NCBI GenBank assembly: GCA_002269645.1
Contig: NIVC01000084.1
Location: forward strand, 1,056,144-1,120,143
Origin: Macrostomum lignano
Taxonomy: Eukaryota
Reading direction: 5' to 3'
Length of the DNA stretch: 64,000 nt
How positions within the stretch are numbered: the stretch's first letter is position 1; each line of letters starts with the position of its first letter. The position numbers were made by a program, and so were the translations under genes. The notes beneath the pieces are model-generated. The model did no database searches and was not told the DNA's origin. It saw nothing but the letters and a program-made list of their open reading frames with translations. Shown here piece by piece: positions 37,304 to 49,555 of the stretch.

Positions 37304-40300
37304 TCATCGCTCACCGTGTCCCAGCTGCCGCAGCGTGCGGCGCCTTCGAAACCGGCAGGTGAGAATTTTCCAGAAAGTGCGTCGAAAATTTACGTTGCAC
37401 AGCGCGTAGCAGACCGGGTTCATGGTAGAGTTCAGGTAACAGAGCCAGTAGCCTGCGGGTACAGGGGTTCATGGTAGAGTTCAGGTAGCAGAGCCAGTAG
37501 CCTGCGGGTACAGGGGTTCATGGTAGAGTTCAGGTAGCAGAGCCAGTAGCCTGCGGGTGCAGGGATTCAGGGTTCATGGTAGAGTTCAGGTAGCAGAGCC
37601 AGTAAGTTTCGTTCATCCTATTGGGTCAAGGAAAGAGTTGATTAAAATGCAGTTCTATTGAAATTCTGTTGAAATGAATGCGAAGAATAGCTTTAATCTT
37701 AAAAATCGCCCTCTATATTGAGACGGAGTTCTCAGGCTGAGCAGCAGCCTCAAGGAACTTCTTGATCGGCAGGCCGGGGCCAGCCTGAGTTTCTCTCCAT
37801 ATTTTTATCGATTGCCGCCGTTTCCTGCTTGAATTCATTCGCAATTCCCCCTGCCCGCGCGGCCCCGAGACCATTGAATTGCAGCCATGATGAACGGCTC
37901 AGAAATTTGCATTATTATGGCAGATAATTGACGGAGATAAGAAATACCTGATTAATCAGGGTGAGTGGGCGCCCCTCTCATTCCTACCCCCCCCCGCTAT
38001 CTCGCCTGGTCCGCCTGCAGAATCTCCTCAAACTTTTCCGAGGCCTGGCGTAGCGGAAAATTTGATAAATTTATGGAGGTCCCAGCGTCAGAAGCAGCTT
38101 AAAGAGGCCGAACCTCCTGCCAGTGGCCATATAGTCCGAGCAGTGACCCGGGGAAAAATCCAAAGTCCAAAGCCGAACAAAACTTTAATAGCCATTTAGA
38201 TTGTTATTAATCTTCCTTATTTTAACATTTTCCTTTGGTTTGGCCATAGACAATTGACGCGGGTTGACTATTTGGCACGAATTCAAACCACAACGTGACG
38301 CGTAGGCAAGGATTTAATTAAACCCGGAAAAATTATCGCGAATCAAACTGCAATGTTGCCTAAAAACCCTCTATTGCTAGTCTGAACTTCGGGCGCTGGC
38401 AAACCCAATTTGTCTGGCTTTCCCTCTGCATTCCATGGTTAGGTTTAGATGCTTCTCTGTTCTGGGGCTTGATTGCACTTGCCATTCTCTGGCTGTACGA
38501 TAAGTGAAGCCTAAGGGAGATGAGGGTTGAGGGCCAGAGCTGGGGAGGCCCAGGACCACTGTGTGAGGCATTGCAGGTGTTGCCCTTCCCGCCGAAGACG
38601 CAGCTGTGACTCCGCACTGCCGAGCCGCATCTGTCACCCCGTGAGTTCATCGCGCCATTCCCGCTGCTCCCCTCGGCCCAGCCCGCCCACACTTCAAGCA
38701 ACTCGGAGCAACAAAGCTAGCAGGCAGGCAATCTTGCGGAGGTCATCTTGAGGGGCATTTTGAGTGCTACTCCTGGCATCTGATTGAGCAGCTCTTCGTA
38801 AGGGAATTGCTTTGAGCAGACCTCTGCTTTCCTCTCAGAATTCGTCGACCCAAGCACCCTCTCCGGAGTCTCACCGAAGTTGTAGAGAGTGTGCGGAATC
38901 AGCGGGCGGTAGAGCTCGTCGGGGCAGTGCGCGCGGTACACCGCCCGGATCAGGGTGAAAACGCTGTAGGGAATCCACGTGATGATGAACACCAGCAGAA
39001 TGGCGCTCAGTGTCTTCGCCGCCTTCTGCTCATTCTTGGACTCCTTCTTGCTGTGCTTCTGAACTTCAGAGACTCGTCTTTGGTTGCTGCGATTTGGCTG
39101 CTGTTGGCCGGCTCTCCGCAGACTCGAGCCCTCCCCGATGCTATCGATGCCGCTGTCAGCCGTGGCGTTTGACTTGGCGCTGTCGAATCGGCCCGCGGAT
39201 GCCGCCGCGGCTGGCTGGTGCAGCTGCGACTGCGCCGGCTGCTTGAGAAACTGCGGCTCCGCGGCTGCGTCCGAGAAGCGCTTGGAGCGCAGCTGCACGC
39301 GGCCGCGACCGCTGGCGTCCGGCAGCCGGATCCACACGATGTAGCTGGGCTGGTCCTCCGGCAGCTCGGAGACCAGGTCGTCGGGCAAGGCGTCTGCGAA
39401 GTTTTGTAGAGGCAGGGGTGCATTTTGAGGGAAGCGCCTTTCTGGAACATCGTGCAATTCGTGAAACCGCCCCGAGCAAGCCCCACCGCGGTGGCTCTGA
39501 TCCGATCCAGGCTGAGTTTTTCCGAGGGCTTCTCATCATTTCCCACCAGCCGCTACCGAGAGACACGAAAGCTCTCCCCCAATGAAATTCACCTGGCCCG
39601 AGCCTCTGCTTAGCGCGGTCTGCTTGCACACGGTTAATAATTCATAATTCTTCTCAGCGACCCCGTCTGCACCGCTCTGTCCACTTTGCCTCTTTGTGTT
39701 GGCGGGGCGCACCGTCCTACAGCAGCAATCTTCTTCCGCTGATACACAGTACTTCTCACCTGCGCCTGCTCCGCACACCCTGGCTTGAGGCGGTGAATTC
39801 TTGCTTTTTCAAGCTGATTTGCGCTCGTAAATCAAAAATGACTTCTATGAGCGTATTTCTATAATAATTGCATCGTCCACTTGCCATCAGGCGTGTGTCC
39901 TGACATGTGGTAGTTCCATCAGTCAGACTCGAGACCTGTGGCTACAACTCTTCACTAAAGACGGCGCGTTGCTTAAATGGAAGCACTCTTTCCCCTGTAG
40001 TCAATCCTCAAGGAGGCTTAATGCAAGCGCTACGAATCTGCAAACGATTTTTTGTCGCCAGAATTTAATTCTGAGGCTTAGCGCCCAAGTGGTCACAAAT
40101 AAACCTGCCAGCCCAGTCTGCGAACACAGACTGATGCAAGAAGGCGAGGACCTCAAGTCATGAAGACCTCAGCAATTCTGGCCTAGGCAGTCAATCAGCC
40201 AGTCTGGCAGCCGCTCTCTCAGCCAGTCGCTCGCCTACTCGCGCATGCGCAGGCAGACGCACAAGAATACCACTTGACTGGCTTTTGGCAAACTCTCTCA

Positions 40301-42218
40301 GTGGCTGAGCCAGCAGAGACGGGCCGGGGGCGGGGCGGCCCTGCAGTCAGTCAGGCGGGGCGGTCGGACCCAGCCTTTCACACCTACCCGCTTCTCCGGT
40401 ACGTTGGGGATAGAAGAGGCAGTGTCGAATGAATGCCCCGGGAGGGGGCCCCGTCAATGCTGCAGGAAGGGAGCTGCAGTTGCTCAGTGTCGCAATTCAC
40501 ACCTGCCCGCTTCGCGCGCGCCCTCGTGCCTGTCTTAGGAGGCAACACGCATCGATTAGCGGGGATTCTTTTGGACCAATGGGGAAGTGTAGCTGACAAA
40601 AGTCCAGCCTGCAGAATCTTCCACCATAGCAGCAGCAGTTTCGCAGCTGCCTATTGCGAAACAAATAGCCGGAGCTTCACCAAATTTGGATGGCAGCTCA
40701 AGAGAGAAGCGCAAGTTGATGAGGCGCTGAGCGACTGTTGATGCGCAATCCGACACAGGAGGCGGGCTTGAGGCTTAAAAATTAAGAGGGACGCAGTAGG
40801 CATCGGACGGATTAAGCAGGCACTATCGCAACCAGGAAGGAATAAACGCATCAGCTGTAATTTCAAAGGGAGAATTCCCTTTTCAATTCCCTAAGTTTTA
40901 TTCTGGGGCATCTCGTCGACCAGTCGCGTGACCGTGGGACTTTTCGCGGTGAAATGGCACTGGTTGACACTCGGTTGACACTGCGTTTGCAAACCTTTTT
41001 AATCTCCTCCCACGCACAACAATTCCAAAAGTGAAAACATTGTGTATTGGCGAAATTTTGCTGATAGTTTGTATGCAAGGGTATTTCAGTCGAACCTAAA
41101 AGTGGTAACTCGAAGTGGTATCAAAAATCTGATCTCAACTCACTCAAATCATCCGTGGCAGTCGACGGAGCCAGCGATGATTCGGCGGGCCTGCCGCGCC
41201 TGCCGGCCTGGTAGTTGGCCCGGAAGTAGGAGCTGGAGCGGGGAAAGTGCCGCGTCAGCACAGGCCGATCCTCCCTCAGCGTCAGGCTGCCGTCCCGCTT
41301 CAGCAGGTGGCCGTCGCGACCAAGCGAGTCTGATTCGCCTTCGTCCTCCCCGGCGACTCCGTTCTCGTCGTCCTTGTCAACAATGCGACCGAGGCAGCTG
41401 TGCAGGTCGCGTCTGCGGTGGCGACCCCGGCGTCGGCCTCGACGGACGGAGGAGCCCGGTGACTCGATGCTGCCGGCACCGCTGCGGCTGCTACCGCCGG
41501 CCTGGAGGTTCTTCAACTCGCGTTGTCGCCGCTTTGTCTCCTGGAAGATGCGCACGTACAGCACGGTCATGACGGTGACGGGCAGGAAGAACGCCATGAT
41601 CGAGGTGAAGAAGGTCAGGTAAGGATTGTCGTTGATGAACTCCACCTGGCAGACAGTGGCCAGTCGGTCGGTTTTGGTGACGGAGGAGAGCACAATCAGA
41701 GGGCTCCAGAGCACGATAGACACGGCCCAGGCGCAGGCGATCATGATCAGCGCTCGGCGGGGCGTCCGGTGCGCGCGGTAGACCAGCGGGCTGGTGACGG
41801 AGCGGTAGCGGTCGATGGAGATGATGAGCAGGCTGGCCACGGAGGCGTTGCACATGGTGTAGTCAAAGCAGAGGTACAGGTTGCAGGCCACAACACCGAA
41901 GGGCCAGTAGTTGACGAGCAGGTACACCGTGTACGTTGGCATGGAAACAAAGCCGATGAGCAGATCCGCCACCGCCAGCGACATGAGGAAGTAGTTGCTG
42001 ACGGAGCGCAGCTGCGGGTCGATGCGGAAGGAAACGAGGACCAGCAGGTTGCCGAAGCCGGTGACGGCGCTGGCCGCGGCAGCCAGGATTGCGTAGAGGA
42101 CAATCTCGTACACGGACAGGGACTCCGCATCCGCTGTGGCGTTGGCCGACCAGAGCGACAGCGAGCGGTTGAGCAGAGGCTGCGGGGACAGCGGCGGCTC
42201 CTTCGGCATGCAGGCCAT
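37304..42218 (-). CDS. Muscarinic acetylcholine receptor; exons 42218-41144, 39393-38875, 37452-37304 (580 aa minimum model)
   Basis: TM2 [14 protein letters not shown]3 [11 protein letters not shown]...SIDRY, TM5 AFFLPV.VM.VLY.RI, TM6 [22 protein letters not shown]7 [20 protein letters not shown]. Introns are GT-AG and phase 1. Additional loop-3 exons cannot be excluded. Confidence 0.92.
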
Positions 42219-43623
42219 GCTGATGTGGCGATGATGGGAGGCTGGGATCCTGAGACACGATTCGGCTGAGCTTCTCCCGATTGATGCGCGGCCGAATTTT
42301 CCAAATGAAAGGGACAAGAGAACGAGTGGGTTAGGGGGCATCCAATGGCCTGGCGGATGTCGCTGATTGGCTGGGAGGCTCTGAATGGGTCTGGCAAGAT
42401 AACGAATGCCTTTGTCGTCCTTTCAAGTCATCCCTCCTGAAAGGTAGACAGACTTTGGACGTCTCTACATCTCATTGAAGACTGGAGATTAAAATCAAAC
42501 GTCTTTTATCTTAGTAGATGATATTCCCATTCAGCCAACCTCGATCGCAGATTTAGAGTTTCGAGCTTATGAGCCTAATCCCCAAGCCAGTAAGCAGGGA
42601 GATGAAGTGACATCAACTGGCCTACGAAAATGACTGACGGGATTTATGACACATCAGCACAGGAACTGATATGAAAGTTGAGAATATTTTTATTGAGGCC
42701 TGTTTCCAGGCAGACTGTCAATGATGGAGAGACAGTGAATTCAGACTGCCAATTAGGCCTGAATAGCATGGGGTGCAGGTAAGGAGCTGATGGCAGCTGG
42801 CAAGCCAGGAAAATTCTAGAGACAATAGCGAGCTGAGTTCCTGGCGCTGAGGATTTTGCTGTTGGGTTGATTTTACATGGCTAATATAGCACCTGCGCAA
42901 TATGAGCCACCTGTCTGTTTGCCTTGCCTTCTCGAGCCAGCACTGCAACAGTGCCTGTTACAGCTCTCCTGAATTTGGCATGACAGAAAGCCAACAGTGT
43001 CTGCAAAGGGAACTGGGGCTACATGTAATTCCCATCGGCTGCCTACTGCTACTGTGCAGTGCACACACAAGACAGTCACTGATTGCCTACTGCTACTGTG
43101 CAGTGCACACACAAGACAGTCACTGAATGCATACTGTGCAGTGCACACACAAGACAGTCACTGAATGCATACTGTGCAGTGCACACACAAGACAGTCACT
43201 GATTGCATACTGCTACTGTGCAGTGCACACACAAGACAGTCACTGATTGCCTACTGTGCAGTGCACACACAAGACAGTCACTGAATGCATACTGCTACTG
43301 TGCAGTGCACACACAAGACAGTCACTGATTGCATACTGTGCAGTGCACACACAAGACAGTCACTGATTGCATACTGTGCAGTGCGCACACAAGACAGTCA
43401 CTGAATGCATACTGTGCAGTGCACACACAAGACAGTCACTGAATGCATACTGTGCAGTGCACACACAAGACAGTCACTGAATGCATACTGTGCAGTGCAC
43501 ACACAAGACAGTCACTGATTGCCTACTGCTACTGTGCAGTGCACACACACGACAGTCACTGATTGCATACTGTGCAGTGCACACACAAGACAGTCACTGA
43601 ATGCATACTGTGCAGTGCACACA

Positions 43624-45802
43624 CAAGGACTACTTAAGTATCGTTTATAGAAGGACGCTGCACTCGCGGTTCGTGTAATTTTTTTTGAAGGCCAATTTTC
43701 GCCGAAAAATACATTAACGAGATACAAAAAATTCACGATTTTCATCTTCAATGGCTTGCTCAGACTGACTACAACCCTGCTGAAAAGAAAAAACTGCTGA
43801 AACTTATCAAAAAGACCTAGTGTATTCGCTCCTCTATTGTATTTCGCCAAGTTAGTGTCCTTGACACGTTTACTTTTAAATACTTCGTATTTTTTCGAGG
43901 GTTTTCAATTCTGTAATGTTAAATGTTAAAGGTTGGATTAAAGTGTTAGTTTCTCTCAATAATCAGTAGTTTCTTTAGCATTCTATGATGACTGCTTTCT
44001 ATGTCTTTATTTTTTTGGTAAATTTAAATTAGCTATAGACATTCTATATTAAATGTTAGTCTATACCCTGGCTATGCCTGATATATAATAATATCTAGGG
44101 CCTACTATGCTTTTTTAGCATGTTCTACAAAAATGTTGTGTAGAAAGGACCTACTGATTAGTTTATGAGTAGATCGTTATAAAGTATTATTCTTAATTTG
44201 AAGGTAGATAGATATTAGATACTTGCATATTGTATAGAAGGTACTAATTTTACTATTCTGTCAAATATCTGTAGATTAGGCTTCTTAAACGGTTCTACTG
44301 GATACAAAAGTTCTATTTTCAGACTTGTCTTGAAACTTTATATTTTATTTAAATGATAGGCCTAACAACATATTGAATTTATTTCTGCTGTTTGGAGAGC
44401 AGTTTTTTAACCTAGTCTAGTTTAATGGAACCAAGATATATTCAATACTCAGGCCTTGCATTGAATTTAAAATATAAATATTTATATATAGAAAGTGATT
44501 CTAAAGGAAAATGCGTATAATAGACTTTAGAAGACAAATTTTCAACTTTAGTAATACTATTGAAGTGATTTAGTATAGAATTGATTATATTGGCCTGTTG
44601 GGATAAAAGCAATACAGTATTGTAGCAATTTTTTTACTAGATATAATGTATAGAAGCTGTATATATTTCTTTTTGTTAGCTTCAGAATTTCTGCAATGCC
44701 AATGAAATGCTGTCTTCCAAAGTGTACAAGTAACTACAAATCTGGTGAGAAGGTGACAGTGTATAGCTTTCCAAAGGATAAAGAAGACTACAGCATGTGG
44801 ATCCGAGCTTTGCCACCAAATGTTAAGGTATGGTGCTATTGCTGCTATTGCATATTCTTGTCTTGCTTAATTCACATGCTAATGGAACATTAGTACAATA
44901 TGATATAATACTTACTGTTTTAGAGTCCATCTAAATACATGGGCATTTGCCAAAAACATTGGCCAACAAATGCACCAATGTTAAAGGTCAAGCGATTCAT
45001 GCGCCCTATGGACCCACCAAGTGTATTCCCAAATCTTCCAACAGGCATGTAATTTGACCCATAGTCCATGGTTGTCCATGTTTTATACAGACCCAATTCA
45101 CATTCACGTCATTGAATATGCTTATGCTTTCATAAGTTGGTTTATGCATCTGTTGCTGCTTTCATAAGTTGGTTTCTGCATTTTACTGCTGTTGCCTACC
45201 CAATAGTTGCCACAGTTTCTATACACTATACACTATACACAGTCTTATATTTGCAGCCTTACATACATATTTGCCTTACTGTAGCTATCAATTGAGATTA
45301 AAGTACAATGAGCTGCTGTGCAACAAGCAACCAGTTCAGTTCAACATTTTTTGTTTCCAGTCCAATAACGATACATCGATTGTTATCAGCACTGGCATTG
45401 TGCCAGTTTCTCTGCTTTTGCTCTTTGTTATTTTATTGTTGAAAAGATCAGGGATGGCTTTTGAAAAGTACAGACTGACGGGCTTCGTTCTTTGTTAATC
45501 TCATCTCATTTTAATTGGATTACATTAGCTCAATTGTCGGAATTATCCTTTAAATATCCTAGCTTTATTGTTCTATAATAAAGAAGGGGGTAACAGTACC
45601 TTGCTGTACATTTCTCGCGAATACATGTAGTTGCAGCCGAAACTGTTCACTCATCTAAAAGAGGAATAAATTCTGAGCAACCCCGTGAAAAAACTAGACC
45701 TCTACATGCAACCATTTAAAAATAACAGCATTTTGAAAAATGGCCTTCAAAAAAATCCACACCATTCGGGAGTGCAGCGTCCTTCTACTTAAGTAGTCCT
45801 TG
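43624..45802 (+). mobile_element. Non-autonomous P-element-superfamily DNA transposon, 2179 bp
   Basis: 33-bp TIR CAAGGACTACTTAAGTAGAAGGACGCTGCACTC (left copy has a 9-nt insertion); 8-bp TSD TGCACACA (43616-43623, 45803-45810); internal THAP exons. Confidence 0.9.
44696..45052 (+). CDS. Stand-alone THAP zinc-finger protein (exons 44696-44827, 44924-45052; 86 aa)
   Basis: CCLPKC...FPKD...W...|...ICQKHW...PPSVF. AAG|GTATGG and TTTTAG| are phase 0. No transposase catalytic domain found. Confidence 0.75.
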
Positions 45803-46224
45803 TGCACACACAAGACAGTCACTGAATGCATACTGTGCAGTGCACACACAAGACAGTCACTGATTGCCTACTGCTACTGTGCAGTGCACACACACGACAG
45901 TCACTGATTGCATACTGTGCAGTGCACACACAAGACAGTCACTGATTGCCTACTGCTACTGTGCAGTGCACACACAAGACAGTCACTGATTGCATAATTG
46001 AGGGTTGGAAGTATTTTAAAGCCTAATTCCAAGGTACTCACGCAATTGTCCGGCAAGATGCTGTCCTCCAGGCAAGTGCACCTCCGGAAGCCAATCACCA
46101 TCAGAAAGCTGACAGATTTCGTGACAGGTGGCTTAACTAACAAAGATAAGGCAGCCCCCTACAGACAAGCTGGTCACATATGTGAGTCGTAGTGATCTGT
46201 TCAAGCTGCAGCTTAGCAGCTCTG

Positions 46225-46975
46225 ACTCGGTGCCAGGTATCTCTGCTGATCATGTGGCAATAGCATGGTAGCTCTGACTCGGTGCCAGGTATCTCTGCTG
46301 ATCATGTGGCAATAGCATGGTAGCTCTGACTCGGTGCCAGGTATCTCTGCTGATCATGTGGCAATAGCATGGTAGCTCTGACTCGGTGCCAGGTATCTCT
46401 GCTGATCATGTGGCAATAGCATGGTAGCTCTGACTCGGTGCCAGGTATCTCTGCTGATCATGTGGCCTCGGTGCCAAGTATCTAGCTGCTGATCATGTGA
46501 CCTCGGTGCCAGGTATCTCTGCTGATCATGTGACCTCGGTGCCAAGTATCTCTGCTGATCATGTGACCTCGGTGCCAGGTATCTCTGCTGATCATGTGGC
46601 CTCGGTGCCAAGTATCTCTGCTGATCATGTGGCCTCGGTGCCAAGTATCTCTGCTGATCATGTGGCCTCGGTGCCAAGTACTCGTATCTAGCTGCTGATC
46701 ATGCGACCTCGGTGCCAGGTATCTCTGCTGATCATGTGGCCTCGGTGCCAAGTACTCGTATCTAGCTGCTGATCATGTGACCTCGGTGCCAGGTATCTCT
46801 GCTGATCATGTGGCCTCGGTGCCAAGTACTCGTATCTAGCTGCTGATCATGTGACCTCGGTGCCAGGTATCTCTGCTGATCATGTGGCCTCGGTGCCAGG
46901 TATCTCTGCTGATCATGTGGCCTCGGTGCCAGGTATCTCTGCTGATCATGTGGCCTCGGTGCCAGGTATATGTGG
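46225..46975. repeat. Compound minisatellite (~33-bp core CTCGGTGCCAGGTATCTCTGCTGATCATGTGGC and longer variants)
   Basis: Direct reading. Confidence 0.92.
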
Positions 46976-48259
46976 CAATAGCACGGCAGCTGTATTTGGG
47001 TTGCAATGACAATGCAGGTGCAAAGTCAGCACTGTTGAGATGCGCCTGTACAAATTTGGCTAACGCTCTCTTTAGCATGGAAAGTGAGGCAAGTGAGGAT
47101 AGTTTGTGCTTTATATAGCAGAATATTTATTTTCCAAAGTCTTCGGTAGATTTGAACCTTGCCTTTTTCTCTGCCGCGACTTTCAAGAATGCCTCTGCTG
47201 AACATAAATGCAGTCAGCACATCACATGAAGACATCAAATGTACGCATAGTGGTTAGTGAGGTACAGGCTCTCGCACAGCAGCTGTTTGACTTTGCCGCT
47301 TGCCAAATTCGCAAAACTGATAATTTACTCTTTGACGGGGTGGACAGCACCCGAAACGAGCTGAAAAATCTTAAGCTGACGGCACGTTTAAAGTTTAGAT
47401 CCACAAAATTGCATCTAAAAATCGGAATATTTTTATTCCAAAATAACTCGACCGGAACTGGGGACTTAGCTCTATTTTTTAAAAGCGTGCCAAGACCATC
47501 GTGAGTTTTTCGCAGCTCAACGCAGCTAATGGAGCGAGACCCGCGTGTCTGTCAATGTTAAACAGCTGCCAAAAACACGAGCGGCCCTGACATGCTCGCA
47601 TGTTTGAGCTTGAGTGCGTTTTCGATGAATTTGCGTCTCGCAAGCTGACGCAAAGCTGGTTCATTTTTTAGATAGGAAGATAAGAAAGCGTTCAGTTGGC
47701 AAACAGCCGTCTCTTATGCGCGTCACTTGCTACTGCAGCAGTAAGACTATGCAAATGCGGATAGAATTTACTTAAAGAGATGGATTTTTTCATATGAATA
47801 TTTTTGAATAGCAAGTTTTGCCAAACAAGAATTGCACGAATGAAGTTGTTAATCCACAAATTTGCCAAAGTTTTTGGCGGTTAAATTACAAGTAACATTA
47901 TAACATTTGTGGACAGAAAATGAAAAGCAGCCCGCTGGCTCAATATAGTTGCAGGGTCTGTGCTCACTGATTACACGTTCAGATGGCGCAGATAATGCCC
48001 CGGAAGCGGCTGCTCCGATTGACAGACTGCAAACATCAGCATCTGTTGCAGTTTCGTCCTGGATGGAGACTTCATGGCTGAAGTAAATCATGGCTGCTCA
48101 AACAGTAGACTAAAAATTGCTGCATTGAGTCTGAGATTGAGCTCAAATAGATTTATCGCGGAAAAACGCATTTTATTTAGACAAAAATTGTTCAATCTAA
48201 GTTCTGCTTTTTGCTTGTGCGAAAGTAGAAGAGGGTGGCGGTGCGGCTGCGTTAAACGT

Positions 48260-48700
48260 CCAAAGCTTGCACCAAAGCTGCTGGATTCGATTCCAGAGTG
48301 CGGTTACACATCCAAAGCTTGCATCAAAGCTATTGGACTCGATTCCAGAGTGCGGTTACACATCCAAATCTTGCACCAAAGCTGTCGGATTCGATTCCAG
48401 AGTGCGGTTACACATCCAAAGCTTGCACCAAAGCTGCTGGATTCGATTCCAGAGTGCGGTTACACATCCAAAGCTTGCACCAAAGCTGTCGGATTCGATT
48501 CCAGAGTGCGGTTTCACATCTAAAGCTTGCACCAAAGCTGCTGGATTCGATTCCAGAGTGCGGTTTCACATCAAAAGCTTGCATCAAAGCTGTTGGACTC
48601 GATTCCAGAGTGCGGTTTCACATCCAAAGCTTGCACCATTGGATTCGATTCCAGAGTGCGGTTACACATCCAAAGCTTGCATCAAAGCTGTCGGATTCGA
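48260..48700. repeat. ~52-bp tandem repeat (CCAAAGCTTGCACCAAAGCTGCTGGATTCGATTCCAGAGTGCGGTTACACAT)
   Basis: About 8 copies. Confidence 0.92.
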
Positions 48701-49555
48701 TCCCATATAAACTTGCGGGTCATGCTCGGGATGCTGGCTTAGGACTTGTGTGACTTACGCCAATGAGGAGCTGGTAGAAAAAATATGCAGCTGTGCACAG
48801 CGCTGTGAGTGCGTCGGAGCGGGTCTGCAGAATTGCTTGTGCGTCACTACCTACTTAAAAGTGTTTAACTACCTACTTATTAAGTGTCTTAACTGTTTAA
48901 GCGATGAAAAGTATTCAGTGAAACCCGCGCATTGACTGCCCAATCGATGCTGAATCGATTCCCAGACTCCGTATTTACAGAGACTGCAAAGCAGCCGGTC
49001 GTCGCGGTTTTGAGAGAAAGCAGCTCAGAAATAATTAAACAGTGGGTTGCTGCTTAAGAAATTAAGCTGAATCAAATCGAAAATATCGTAAAGCCTCCTA
49101 GGGACCTTGTTAGTTATGCAACACGCTCGTAAATGCGCAGGGATGCAGAGCTCGGTGTTTTTCAAAAACAGTTTTTAGCATGAGAGTTTGAGACTTTCCA
49201 GATTTCTGCTGCTGAATTGATTCGTTTTGTAACCATTCAGTAGCGCTCGCACCCTATGCATTCTAGGGGGCTCTTGAAGGTTTAATTGGGCACTTGAAAA
49301 TTCATTGTGTACCACTTTTACTGAGAATGGCCACGCAATAAGACTGACTGACGGTTTCTTGAAAACTTTCACCTTGTCAATATAAAACTCAAGGCGAATG
49401 CAGCACAGATTCTTCCCGGGATTTCTACCCTCGAACCATGAGTCGGCAGTTTCCCACGCCAGGGTGAGCAAACATTTCCACGTGTTGCCATTGGAAACGG
49501 CTCTCAGGGAGATAAAAGGCTGCACTGTCCGCTGTGCAGAACCTAGCAGCTCGAG

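Larger units (their letters stand above)
43060..45995. repeat. ~38-bp minisatellite (ACTGTGCAGTGCACACACAAGACAGTCACTGAATGCAT), split by a P-element insertion
   Basis: Arrays at 43060-43623 and 45803-45995 continue in register across the insertion. Confidence 0.9.

Noticed and set aside
39536-39778. Possible extra third-intracellular-loop exon of the muscarinic receptor
   Set aside because: No clear phase-1 acceptor/donor pair, and the direct 41144-39393 splice already keeps frame.
45996-46190. Minus-strand frame ending at a GTGAGT donor
   Set aside because: No clear acceptor or homology; cannot be assigned to a gene.
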